Source of the DNA: Candidatus Thalassarchaeaceae archaeon | GTDB lineage: Archaea; Thermoplasmatota; Poseidoniia; Poseidoniales; Thalassarchaeaceae | Reading direction: 5' to 3' | Length of the DNA: 64,000 bases | Assembly (NCBI GenBank): GCA_030747475.1 | Contig: JASLKO010000180.1 | Span: forward strand, 31,631 to 95,630 | Shown here: positions 42,201 to 50,354 of the stretch, piece after piece | How the letters are laid out: each line of letters starts with the position of its first letter | How positions within the stretch are numbered: the first letter of the stretch is position 1 | Notes under the pieces: generated by a model | Told to the model about the DNA's origin: nothing | What the model saw: the letters and a program-made list of their open reading frames with translations, nothing else | Databases searched by the model: none | Position numbers and translations under genes: made by a program

Positions 42201-44751
42201 TTTGCGGCCCGGAACAAACTGGACATCACCACCGACCTCTGCTGATTTAGTATCGACAATGTGGGATGCACGCTTCCCCAACTGGCAACGTGAAACCGCT
42301 GAATTGAACACACACGCGGGCCAACCTCTCATCGACGGCACCCCTTACTGGGCCGTCATTGTGATTGAATATCCGGATGGTTCCATTGGAGAACCGAGTG
42401 CACCATTCGGTCCAGCAACACCGACTGATGAAATCCCCGCGCCTCCTGAATGGGCGTCAGGTGGCCCCGTTCCGTACGAAGAAGGTGGCCAAGACGGTGA
42501 TTTATTCCTGGAGTGGGCACCTTGTACTGAATTGGATGCAGGCGTCACTAGATTCTGGCCATCGCATCAACCAATTACTGGAAACCCAATGGGTTTGCCC
42601 CGTTCTTTTGAATTGGCTCACGACGCTGGTAACAATACAACACTCACTCCACCAGGTGGAGCCGGCCATCCATTCTGGGTAGCATTCACTTGTGTGGATG
42701 AGGGTGGCCAGCATGACCCTGAGAATGCCACAATTATCGGTCCTATTGTACCTACAGGAGGAATCGATGATGGCACTGCACCTCTACCGATTGAGGATAT
42801 TGATGCATGGGATACACCTGATGATGAAGGCGGACGAATTAACGTCAGTTGGACAGCCAATCTTGAAGAAGATTGTTCATGGTATACCATCTATGCCACC
42901 CCTGCCATTTCTGAGAATCCTCCAGATTGGGCAGATGATGCAGAGATTGCAAGAATCGTGGTACCTTGTTTATTCAGGGATTCTCCAAACAATACAATCC
43001 AAGTTATCATCGATGATATAGGAGGCCAACCAATCATCGATCAGCAACCTTACTGGATTACTGTAGTCGCATCTGATAATTGGGCAAATGTCGATCATTG
43101 GAATGTGACATGGGTACAGGCGTTTAGCGTACAGAATACACTCGGAGTAACCCCTCCTCCACGTGTTGAGGATCTTCAAGCATGGGACCATCCAGATGAT
43201 GATGGTACAGCAATCGATGTTCAGTGGGCGCCAACCACTGTTGACGATTTTGCATTCTATGCGGTATGGGCAAGTGAACATCCAGTTCAGGACGTAGCCC
43301 TGAAGTGGATTGAATGTGAATCCAACCCTTCAGATTGTGGTATTTTAATCATAAATCAGCAACGACAATCGTGGAATGGTCCTATGCAGATTATTCTTGA
43401 AAATGCATTGTATGGAGGAGATTCTATCGCAGAAGCCACTGCGTCCCAAATCATCCCAAATCAACCAATTTGGGTTACTGTCACTATTCACGACGTCAAG
43501 GGCAATGCCTTCTTGACCAATCTTGGTGACCACATGACGCTTGTCACACCAATCAACAACTTTGGTGACATTATCGCACCTGATCGTTTACCTGAACCAA
43601 TCGTGGAGGATCGTCCCAATGACAATGGAAACGGGCTCAATGTACACTTTGAACAGAGTGATGAAAGTGACTTAGATCATTACGAAATTTATGCTGACGT
43701 GATACCCTTTGAGAACGTTGGAACCAGAGAAGCAGCAATGATCATTGATCGAGATGGTGATATCAATTTCCCATCTCAAGGTGGATTTGGTCAAGGTGGC
43801 GGACCAGGTGGCGGTCGGCAAGCCACGCCACCCTCTATCATGGTTGAACTAGAGAGATTATCCAATGGCATGGCAATCGACCCCGGTGTCATGATTTGGG
43901 TTGCTGTAGTGCCTGTAGACTCCTCTGGAAACGCGTGGTTGACAGATCTCAATGTAGCAACAGCAACAGCGGTTGATGACGGACTTACCGATCCAGGTTT
44001 GCATCTACCTGTCTTGGCAGGAGTGACTGCAAATTGGAATGCTGCAGGTTCTGACATCATTGTTGAGTGGACAGAATCGCGGGATCCTCAAGTTCAATCA
44101 TATGCGGTACACATCAGTGACGAACCATTCGATGACAATCGCTTTGCAATGGCGATTGATGAAATGTATCAGGGTACAACTGCTACATTGAATGCGACTA
44201 CATTGAATCTCACCAATGATCAGATTTGGTATGTTTCGGTGGTTGCTTCAGATGGAAGTGTGACGCGATTCGGTGTCGATTCTATTCGTGTTGAAATGTG
44301 GGACCCAGAATCAATGCCCGATGATGGAAATCAACCTAATGAGGAAGGTTCAGGCGCTTGGTGGGAAGAACTCAGTACATTGGAAATAGCATTGATTGCT
44401 ACACTGCTTTCCATGATTTTGTTACTCGCACTTGTCTTAGTTGTGAGACTTCGACGTCCACGCTACAATCCACTCGATCATGCGACATCAAATTGGGAAT
44501 TACAACTTGAAGATTGGAGTGATCCAGAGTTCTCCAACCCAGTAGTGCCTGAAGCTGGTGAATTAACAGAACCACCGGGCCTTGTACCTCAGGCATCACC
44601 CCCGCCTCAGAGCATCGTTGATTCAAACGCTGGATTTGCCCCGAAGCCAGAACCAGAAACTAATCTCGATGACATTGCAAGTGACTTGTTAGATATGACT
44701 ACGTCTAAGTCCACAGAAATCGACACATCATTCCTTGATGATTTGCTGTGA
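36280..44751 (+). CDS. Giant (about 2820 aa) surface protein: multiple beta-propellers, FN3-like repeats, C-terminal TM and acidic tail
   Basis: Signal peptide; W.T.DGL.SN.V propeller motifs; D.P.D.G..I.V.W...Y.IY FN3-like units; TM IALIATLLSMILLLALVLVV followed by RLRR. Confidence 0.85.
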   Translation: MSAPSQAQYPLSSKRRALTLVTIMLLASWLPLGSPWVASAHVGIVAEWGSEGTNDTGWIRMDAATTATDTQSAMDNLMLNFAPGAVIDNLTFEVRVNGSDGIWADQPQLLLPDAPASILDWRGLGGFGVQDNFIGADPHSSRLSPNSDSNAGWVLPGGSTVTDVVIEALRPADPLISMQQINVEITDSETHPIDGRLYFATADALVQVDFQNTPPVIEVNFLQEDILDMTIDVSQDYLHVACTDGQIRVFSLTDSSLVGNYTSPFGEAVHQLESVGPGSLVATNGETLWDVTITSTLTSTWIDLGNLATDGSPATDLLVVSTDVWVATDGAGLFHYGSGGMGIQQYDTQNALPSDRVVDLEMAGTHLLIATADAGITRRDLSTNSWLATWNSGNWLASDDIAQMSSIDGWVHIIAGDTVHSYNTTSLSFLSSWTMNNLDLSRDSGNALIPWHGGGSRAPVHHSVLVGDGSGTFTILNPHTQGSGGNQGTWQQMVFATGPTEDDMQDAVELNGILYIAAGEQVERFDLNRNRWLLPLKGDMNPYASDVLCITTDGSDLFIGTSTAGIIQITLNGTVVQSQNAAQWQTSDGLSANEVTDIAYEPGTGQIVSIHPSSGISVVNPLSGIITQTWTTFNGLSSNNMNALTVRGGIAYAGTSNQGIERIDITNVTRLTPWTSTGMDDVDSMPIATDGTMLYLGVYGYGVIVYNLSSGEQTDLWQRTGGNGPGQGNQIPSNNVLSLAVLSSGTVLVGTTNGGAQHTSAGWSQMGSTGNEFADEFYDWDFDNQYIYAATETGVCQWTRSGLAFQKCWDDNPDGLPAQFAYSIELIEPGRIWVGHNEGAGVIDVTNDTVIKAWQAGVETNNAKTIVIGDVAYIGYDGVGVLRYDLITDEWLSPWDAVTTNLLESNGVTAMVQDIDPNRLWVGGDMGLNLIDVVNATLVVDWDSGTNTGGITLSNQEPGELVIIGDTMYYMQVRFGNNGYSSNDNVYRYDIANMTQLSTLDVGASEGYTAIVHGMGAVGDIIHFGISSTQQWWESGHMVRWNHTSDSWMDSIESNGLVERVNANFAGDCNPTPTNCHLYAAYGNTPLHQIDMNGNLVQSWDDSVIEGPIRGIITWDGAVLFGTEDGIARYNYSSNSWLSDWTENNGLPNNVENAVYSMKVIGDDLWVSTMATSGWNRNSKILQLNGTSGQWTAHDVGSGQIPEGYGADIGVCNDIVHIALNRWAGWGSQGGVARYDLNSSTWLPDWNQGSSGGLPHDNPVAIACDEAYDIVYIGFEEGDGSISRYDYVNSQFLRLIDEDDNVISEPIFPGAMYHYGGGLIVGHYDNGGLTLVTTSATLITSIIPFSTGSEATSISPVPNGGPFEFAIGRAGGSSGYNRVDQLDQTGLIPGAWDNLATLSTGRVAEFTGNATHIWVAPIDDYYSTYGSAILEGIYQANGSIEWTRAWNLNSLLVNEMTLDGDTLWVSTSGLGLHQIDLTTSNYSFTGFPLHGQMDGMDWYGNELIVGLMGTPSTAAGVQRFDTTTGQWGAGRIAAGLPSNFVRDFEKIGDLVYIATLAGIGVWNLSADDWGDPMTTADGLPTPFIEYLDSDNGILIIGTPSGLMSYEPGVGIGQMYGRNQGLVGDSVDGIAKITDPTTGQVTLFVSHDGEGPTRPGFSEVIPLTQPGTSFGYRVLDTTLIDVLPSNLITALASDWWGVHIATRSNPLMHWNGTSAEMEQGSPSSSLASWPVVHMDSNGQHVIAISELGVDLLDVTGNFHTASPLTSYAGFTRGTITSSGVYVVGSDGLHVWSGHPSFIEKNRSNMRRAEPLMINFGGDTFDATEEARPGNLITLVDASNPVILPMFGTAGPGNIPMTQDMLTLTSPVSNAATWVSSSRLNYSGTWDLAALDSTLQATVQVAIDNSQLTIQGRNLHIQFQSPRNGSLEIRLTYDWVRAESPSEMIDLFDRPNDGGGILVAQWTVTQDHTFNAYRIYLRPGTNWTSPPTSADLVSTMWDARFPNWQRETAELNTHAGQPLIDGTPYWAVIVIEYPDGSIGEPSAPFGPATPTDEIPAPPEWASGGPVPYEEGGQDGDLFLEWAPCTELDAGVTRFWPSHQPITGNPMGLPRSFELAHDAGNNTTLTPPGGAGHPFWVAFTCVDEGGQHDPENATIIGPIVPTGGIDDGTAPLPIEDIDAWDTPDDEGGRINVSWTANLEEDCSWYTIYATPAISENPPDWADDAEIARIVVPCLFRDSPNNTIQVIIDDIGGQPIIDQQPYWITVVASDNWANVDHWNVTWVQAFSVQNTLGVTPPPRVEDLQAWDHPDDDGTAIDVQWAPTTVDDFAFYAVWASEHPVQDVALKWIECESNPSDCGILIINQQRQSWNGPMQIILENALYGGDSIAEATASQIIPNQPIWVTVTIHDVKGNAFLTNLGDHMTLVTPINNFGDIIAPDRLPEPIVEDRPNDNGNGLNVHFEQSDESDLDHYEIYADVIPFENVGTREAAMIIDRDGDINFPSQGGFGQGGGPGGGRQATPPSIMVELERLSNGMAIDPGVMIWVAVVPVDSSGNAWLTDLNVATATAVDDGLTDPGLHLPVLAGVTANWNAAGSDIIVEWTESRDPQVQSYAVHISDEPFDDNRFAMAIDEMYQGTTATLNATTLNLTNDQIWYVSVVASDGSVTRFGVDSIRVEMWDPESMPDDGNQPNEEGSGAWWEELSTLEIALIATLLSMILLLALVLVVRLRRPRYNPLDHATSNWELQLEDWSDPEFSNPVVPEAGELTEPPGLVPQASPPPQSIVDSNAGFAPKPEPETNLDDIASDLLDMTTSKSTEIDTSFLDDLL

Positions 44752-45547
44752 ACGATGGGCGTGCTTTGAAGCACAGCAGAACATCCGGAGGGTGGGGCCC
44801 ATGGATGACGACCCGCCTCTTGGCGCATCTGTATTCACAACATTACGATGGGATGGATCACGCGTTGCATGGCTAGACAGGCACATACTACGCCTACGCA
44901 GACACGCAGAATGCCTTGAAATTGAATGGCCCACTGATTTCGATCAGCGGTTAGCATCTACAACGCTTGATGGGGACGGAAATTTATGTCAAATTTCGTT
45001 AAATCGAGATGGTGAAATTAGGTTGACTCTGCGAAGAACAGAATATCCTCACTCTCCACTAACTGCAATTTCACAAGTGGCCCCTCGATTCAATCAAAGA
45101 GTTCAGGGAACCAAGCATGATGATTGGTCAGCATACCAAATCGCCCGAAAGAATGCGAAAGATTCTGGTGCAGACATTGCATTATTGGTACACAACGGAA
45201 TCATTGTTGATGGCGATCGGTGTACACCTATATTGTTGGATATCGATGGAATCGCATATGCTCCAGAACCAGATGGCGGAGGCGTAGATTCAGTGACATT
45301 AGAAGTCCTTTCTCCAGCCATAGAGGCGTCCGGGATTCCATTCAGACGCGCTAGATTGACCGAGAAGTTACTTGGGCGCGCGCGCGAAATCATCGTTGTT
45401 GGCACAGGCGTAGGAGTCGCATGGTTGAATCAAATTGATGGGCAACCCATAGGCACCAATTCATCGGGGCCACTGTACACTACGTGCGCGTTAGCCTTTG
45501 AATCCAAACTTCGTGATTCATGGACAGATTTGGAGGCTAGAAATTGA
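44735..45547 (+). CDS. pabC: Class IV aminotransferase-fold enzyme, probable 4-amino-4-deoxychorismate lyase
   Basis: VFTTLR, LDRHILRLRRHA, PLP-Lys candidate in GTKH, GVDSVT; overlaps the pabB start. True start may be ATG 44801. Confidence 0.75.
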   Translation: MMICCERWACFEAQQNIRRVGPMDDDPPLGASVFTTLRWDGSRVAWLDRHILRLRRHAECLEIEWPTDFDQRLASTTLDGDGNLCQISLNRDGEIRLTLRRTEYPHSPLTAISQVAPRFNQRVQGTKHDDWSAYQIARKNAKDSGADIALLVHNGIIVDGDRCTPILLDIDGIAYAPEPDGGGVDSVTLEVLSPAIEASGIPFRRARLTEKLLGRAREIIVVGTGVGVAWLNQIDGQPIGTNSSGPLYTTCALAFESKLRDSWTDLEARN

Positions 45548-47814
45548 TTCCCTCTACTCAATCATCGACCTTGGATTCGACACCATTGGATGTATTGGTG
45601 CATCTGCGTAATACCAATCTCATCGGAGAAGGGAATTTGTTTGGTGCGCCTGATGAACTCCTGTTATATTCAGGTGGCCCGGAAAGTGACTTAGCTCGCA
45701 ACAGTTTACTGATGGGCCCCCCCACAATGCGTTTCCTTGTTCGCCAACCATCACGCACAGAACTTCCAGTACTTTCTGCAAATCACTCGCCCCTCTCTGG
45801 TGAAATCAAAATTCAAAATCAATTGACATCAATGAAAATTGATGTTCAAATCTGGAACAATGGCTGGCATTTTGAAACACAACACACAGGAAATGGATTG
45901 GCAGATGGTTTGCGTGCATGCGAATCATATTTGTCTTCCACAAATCGTTCTGAATTCACTCCAGGTGGGTTTGCCGGTTTGTTGACCTATGACATGGTCC
46001 AATTCACTGAACCTTTACAATTTAGACATCTACCAGAAGAAAATGAAACCTTGATGGTACTCTATCGTTCAGATCGATGGATTATTCACAACCGCCAAAA
46101 GGACTGCCTAGAAGCACATTCCACGATTGAAGGTGATACATGGTTAACAGCGGTTGAAACTCTCCTTTCAAATCCAATTCCTACTAGAGATGAATTCCAC
46201 AGGCCCAAATCAGTTACTCCATCTTCTGAATCTGATTCTGAACACATGGAGAAGATCCGACGAACTCAAAACGCAATCAGAGAGGGTGTCCTTTACCAAT
46301 TGAATTATGGCCGAAAATGGGGGGGAATAATCGAGTCTCCTTGGAGGGTGTTTGAACAGTTAGCGCAAGACAACCCGGCACCTTGTGCAGCGTGGCTTTC
46401 CGCCCCCGATCTCGATTTAGCAATCATGAGTAGTAGCCCCGAACTCCTATTGCGTCAAGAGGGAGAAACAGTTTCTACGCGCCCAATTAAGGGTACGCGC
46501 CCGCGAGGGGACGATGCAGAACACGATGCAAACCTTCGCGGTGAATTGGTTGGTAGCCAAAAGGAAATTGCAGAACACCTTATGTTAGTCGATTTAGAAC
46601 GAAACGACCTTGGCCGAATATGTACGCCTGGCAGTGTTTATTGGAAGCGCTGGCGCATCGAATCATATCCTCATGTACAACACATGGTGAGTGAGATTGA
46701 AGGTCAATTACGCGATGATTGTGACGGTTTCGATGCATTACAATCACTATTCCCTGGGGGTAGCATCACAGGTTGTCCAAAAACCGCAACGATTGCAGCA
46801 ATCGATGAATTGGAGGCAACTCCTCGTCGAGTATGGACGGGTTCCATCGGTCACATCGACCCTCGTACAAGTATTTCTGAATGGAATATTTTGATTCGCA
46901 CAATCGACACACGATTGGAATCAGGACATTGGCAAGCGACCATCCAAGCAGGGGGTGGATTGGTCATCGGTTCTGATCCAATCCAAGAGGTAGAGGAAGC
47001 GAAATGGAAGGCCCATGCTCTTTGTCAAGCAGCCTGGGATTACGCACCGGTGACGACATCAATCCATTCACCCAGGGGTCTCAATGCGGTTAGCCTTCAC
47101 CCTATTCCACCCATTACGAATACAGTTAGACAATTGATTGAAAGTAGAGATGTTGGCCTTATTCAGCAATCGATATCCGATGCCCCTTCACCTGTAAAGT
47201 GGACTCCTAATCTTCGATTGCCTCAACTTGAAAGAGGTCACCGTATCTTGTTCGTCGACAATCTAGATTCATTTTCATGGAATATTGTTCATGCATTTGC
47301 AACACTTGGTGCAGAAGTAATAGTCATCCCAGGGCGTGGGGGACCTATCGATTCAGAACATCTGCTAGAATCTCTAAATCCTACTCACATTGTATTGGGG
47401 CCGGGGCCCGGAAGGCCTGAGCAATCTCAACTCACAATGAATATGGCGAGATTGGCATTTTCAGGCAATGCTCCACCATTGCTAGGCATTTGTTTGGGCC
47501 ACCAAGCCATTGGGTTAACAGCAGGCTGGCCCCTTATCCCATCTCCATTGGGCGCTGTACACGGCGTCCCTGAATCAATTACTTCTGAGGATGAGACATT
47601 AATGATGACCAGATATCACAGCTTAATCCTATATCCAGATGAGTCAACAGTTATCAATTCAGAATTGGAAGTCATTGCACGTGATGCAACTACTGAATCA
47701 CTCATTATGGCAGTAAAACACCAATCCATTCCAATTTTTGGCTATCAGTTCCACCCAGAGTCCTCTGGTTCGGTAGATGGTGTTTCAATTCTTGCGGACT
47801 TCCTTGCATGCTGA
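45544..47814 (+). CDS. pabB: Fused aminodeoxychorismate synthase component I + glutamine amidotransferase (PabB-PabA)
   Basis: SSSPE, PIKGT (Lys typical of PabB; TrpE has PIAGT), EHLMLVDLERNDLG, FPGGSITGCPK; then DNLDSF, GICLGHQ, FHPES. Confidence 0.85.
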   Translation: MIPSTQSSTLDSTPLDVLVHLRNTNLIGEGNLFGAPDELLLYSGGPESDLARNSLLMGPPTMRFLVRQPSRTELPVLSANHSPLSGEIKIQNQLTSMKIDVQIWNNGWHFETQHTGNGLADGLRACESYLSSTNRSEFTPGGFAGLLTYDMVQFTEPLQFRHLPEENETLMVLYRSDRWIIHNRQKDCLEAHSTIEGDTWLTAVETLLSNPIPTRDEFHRPKSVTPSSESDSEHMEKIRRTQNAIREGVLYQLNYGRKWGGIIESPWRVFEQLAQDNPAPCAAWLSAPDLDLAIMSSSPELLLRQEGETVSTRPIKGTRPRGDDAEHDANLRGELVGSQKEIAEHLMLVDLERNDLGRICTPGSVYWKRWRIESYPHVQHMVSEIEGQLRDDCDGFDALQSLFPGGSITGCPKTATIAAIDELEATPRRVWTGSIGHIDPRTSISEWNILIRTIDTRLESGHWQATIQAGGGLVIGSDPIQEVEEAKWKAHALCQAAWDYAPVTTSIHSPRGLNAVSLHPIPPITNTVRQLIESRDVGLIQQSISDAPSPVKWTPNLRLPQLERGHRILFVDNLDSFSWNIVHAFATLGAEVIVIPGRGGPIDSEHLLESLNPTHIVLGPGPGRPEQSQLTMNMARLAFSGNAPPLLGICLGHQAIGLTAGWPLIPSPLGAVHGVPESITSEDETLMMTRYHSLILYPDESTVINSELEVIARDATTESLIMAVKHQSIPIFGYQFHPESSGSVDGVSILADFLAC

Positions 47815-47857
47815 GACTACGAAGTGTTCAAGAAATGCCCACTGTTCGACTGGTTTA

Positions 47858-48220
47858 ATGCCAACTTGTCGTCTGTGTAAATCGACCTATCCGGCAGACC
47901 AGTTCATCGATGGCAATGGCCCAAGACATCTGGTATGTGTGCGATGTGCAGTGGATGAAGGGTACCTTGCAGCAGAGGATGTCAGTAATTTGTACGATGA
48001 TCAAACCGCTAAGGCAAGAATGTCACTCTTTGCTCGCCGTTATGGGCCCATTTTCTGGCTGTTTGTATGCTGGACCCTGTGGGCATTGCTCTTCCAAGGA
48101 ATTGACTTGTGGACCACTCTGACAATGGGTGCTCTCATCCTTGCGACCTTGGGAGTCCCAATCATGTTCTTCCTTCGAACAGCGAAATTCCAAGCACAAC
48201 TACGACAGTTGACGCCTTGA
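47858..48220 (+). CDS. Small Zn-ribbon + two-TM hypothetical protein
   Basis: CRLC...CVRC then two hydrophobic helices; start moved to ATG 47858. Confidence 0.7.
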   Translation: MPTCRLCKSTYPADQFIDGNGPRHLVCVRCAVDEGYLAAEDVSNLYDDQTAKARMSLFARRYGPIFWLFVCWTLWALLFQGIDLWTTLTMGALILATLGVPIMFFLRTAKFQAQLRQLTP

Positions 48221-48228
48221 ATCACATA

Positions 48229-48331
48229 CAGAGAGTTGGGGCCTACGGCCTTCCACCCAACTCTCTGCTGTTAGTTCTCACAGAGTTTTGACTCGAGTAA
48301 GAACGAACCCCCACTCGAGCGTGTTCTCTGT
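48229..48331 (+). ncRNA. Candidate structured RNA or DNA element with two long hairpins
   Basis: CAGAGAGTTGGG/CCCAACTCTCTG 12-bp stem enclosing C(TACG)G; ACAGAG..CTCGAGT/ACTCGAG..CTCTGT second stem. Confidence 0.45.
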
Positions 48332-48348
48332 TACATTGCACACAATAG

Positions 48349-48474
48349 ATGTCACAACACAAGAAAAACAGCAACGAAGAAGTGGTAGCACGACTTATCT
48401 CACAAGGGTGGAAGGTGTGCAAAGAATCTGATGATGGCCGAGAAGTATGGTTGACGAAAAGGGGGGTTTGCTGA
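48349..48474 (+). CDS. 41-aa small protein (below the ORF-track cutoff)
   Basis: MSQHKKNSNEEVVARLISQGWKVCKESDDGREVWLTKRGVC; stop lies 1 nt before the VWA gene ATG. Confidence 0.5.
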   Translation: MSQHKKNSNEEVVARLISQGWKVCKESDDGREVWLTKRGVC

Positions 48475-48475
48475 A

Positions 48476-49510
48476 ATGCACCACCTCGTATACCTTGACG
48501 ATTCAGGATCCATGAGTGGCCAGAGACTCGATATGGCAAAGTGGATTTATGAAAATCTGCTGGACCGTATTGACAATGATATTGGTCAAGTGACTCTGTT
48601 TGATCACGAACAGCGCATTGCATTGCCATGGGGCAAGCACAATCGTAGTCGCTGGGATTCAGTAATGTCAGATTGGACTGGTAAGGGTATGACTTACCTT
48701 TGGAAGATGGTCATTGATGACGTCGAGCAGAGGGAAGCCACTGACCTCAACATCGTTATTATCACAGATGGTTACGATAACAAAAGTCCATTCCCATATG
48801 GTGGGAGAAAAGGAATCATCCCTACCGTATTGCGATTACGTCGTGGGGGATACAATGGTGAAATTCACATTGTTGACATCGGTGGTGGAATGAGTAATCC
48901 GGATGTAATGCATGTTTGTCATTGGACTGGTGGAATGTATTACGAGATATCCGGATATGATGACAGTGCCAAAGATCAGTTCATTCAAGAATTCTTAGTA
49001 GATTTCATTGATGAAGGCCAAGATTCTCTCCTAAGAAAACAAAATCGTATAAAACGACAAAAAAGAGTTCCTAAGGGATTCAGACTTCCCAAGATGCCAA
49101 TCCTTGATGATACAATATTGGATAGGGCAATCAGGTGGGATGTAGTATATCAAAATGCATTGATTACATCACCACTCCCAGGTGTTACACCATTGAGGGG
49201 TCGCACAAAACCAAGGGATTGGGGTACCGCAATTCGGATGTCAGAGAAGGTGATAGGTGGATACAGATACATCTACGTTACCACAGAAGGTCCATATCAT
49301 CACTCAGATGAGAGAAATGAGTTACGGAGACGTCTTCTAGAACTCGTCGTCAATGAAGAAAATGAAGCCATTAAAAATGGGCACAGGCTCTGTTTGATTT
49401 TTGAAGAGAAGGACGATGCACAACGAATGTGCGGTGGCGGCTCAAACAATTTGAAGAATCTTGGAATTGTCATTAATCGTTCAAAACACATTGAGGTACT
49501 ACATAATTAG
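48476..49510 (+). CDS. von Willebrand factor A (VWA) domain protein with unknown C-terminal domain
   Basis: MIDAS LDDSGSM, GMTYL, IVIITDG; no signal peptide. Confidence 0.82.
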   Translation: MHHLVYLDDSGSMSGQRLDMAKWIYENLLDRIDNDIGQVTLFDHEQRIALPWGKHNRSRWDSVMSDWTGKGMTYLWKMVIDDVEQREATDLNIVIITDGYDNKSPFPYGGRKGIIPTVLRLRRGGYNGEIHIVDIGGGMSNPDVMHVCHWTGGMYYEISGYDDSAKDQFIQEFLVDFIDEGQDSLLRKQNRIKRQKRVPKGFRLPKMPILDDTILDRAIRWDVVYQNALITSPLPGVTPLRGRTKPRDWGTAIRMSEKVIGGYRYIYVTTEGPYHHSDERNELRRRLLELVVNEENEAIKNGHRLCLIFEEKDDAQRMCGGGSNNLKNLGIVINRSKHIEVLHN

Positions 49511-49520
49511 GGGTGAAAAA

Positions 49521-50006
49521 ATGAATAGAGATTATGAATATGAAATGATGCCTAAGAAAATTTGTAACTTACAACCATTCAATATTCCACCCAATCCAAC
49601 TGGTGGATATGGTGGTTTCAATCCATTCCCTGAACCCAAGGAATTCCCTCCAACTGAATCTTACAATTCGATTCCATCCGATACTGAGGGAACTTGTGAA
49701 GAGACCTTGGTCATTTATGTTGAACAATTAGACAGCTCTAATTTCCCAGAGAATCAATATCTCTGTGAGTTTTGGGACCGTGCAGGAATTGAACCAAATG
49801 ATGATGATAGGAATCGCAGAACTCCACAACAATTAGAATTGATAGCACTATTTTGTGCACTTGCCTCATTCCAAAATTGTAGACATAAGAAGATCATCTT
49901 CGTTGTCAATCAATACAGATACAACTCAATGATTGATTGTGTGGAAGGCTTTATCCAGATCTACTCTGAGTTACAGGAGGTAGATATTCAGATTAAGGCT
50001 GTATGA
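49521..50006 (+). CDS. Hypothetical protein, AT-rich
   Basis: GGGGTGA RBS before ATG 49521; co-oriented with the VWA gene. Confidence 0.6.
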   Translation: MNRDYEYEMMPKKICNLQPFNIPPNPTGGYGGFNPFPEPKEFPPTESYNSIPSDTEGTCEETLVIYVEQLDSSNFPENQYLCEFWDRAGIEPNDDDRNRRTPQQLELIALFCALASFQNCRHKKIIFVVNQYRYNSMIDCVEGFIQIYSELQEVDIQIKAV

Positions 50007-50325
50007 TTCGGTTTACACTTGGGAATGATGAGGTATTTGGTCACATTGTTCAAATAGGACCTCACCTTAGTCGTGGACAGAGGGAACACAGGGTTCTCTA
50101 AGACCGAACTGTAGCTGAACTGGCTTGATTGGAGGCATAAACAAAGGACTGCGAGGCGATGTGGCAAACGGGCGAGACCCGTTGAAGTGCGGAAAACACT
50201 CCACATCTCCCGCGATAATTAGCGATAAGCCCCAGCGTCAGCATTCAAACCCACAAGAACTCCTGGAGATCGAGGTCCCTTTCGAGGGAATCGTCCTAGA
50301 AAGAGAGAACGGTGGGTTCTCTGAA
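50007..50325 (+). ncRNA. Candidate multi-domain structured RNA or long 5' leader
   Basis: Nested stems across the whole gap, e.g. TTCGGT/ACCGAA, TGAGGT/ACCTCA, GCTGA/TCAGC, GATGTGG/CCACATC, AACGGG/CCCGTT, AACCCAC/GTGGGTT, TCCCT-TTCG-AGGGA. Confidence 0.55.
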
Positions 50326-50354
50326 ATGATTTACAAAATGGAAGTGAAAACGAA

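Noticed and set aside
50007-50325. SRP RNA, RNase P RNA, c-di-GMP-I riboswitch or C/D sRNA identity
   Set aside because: Lacks the SRP helix-8 motif and RNase P P4 strands; GGCAAAC is present but the following GACGCAAAG is not; ATGATGA and CTGA are too far apart with no C'/D' pair.
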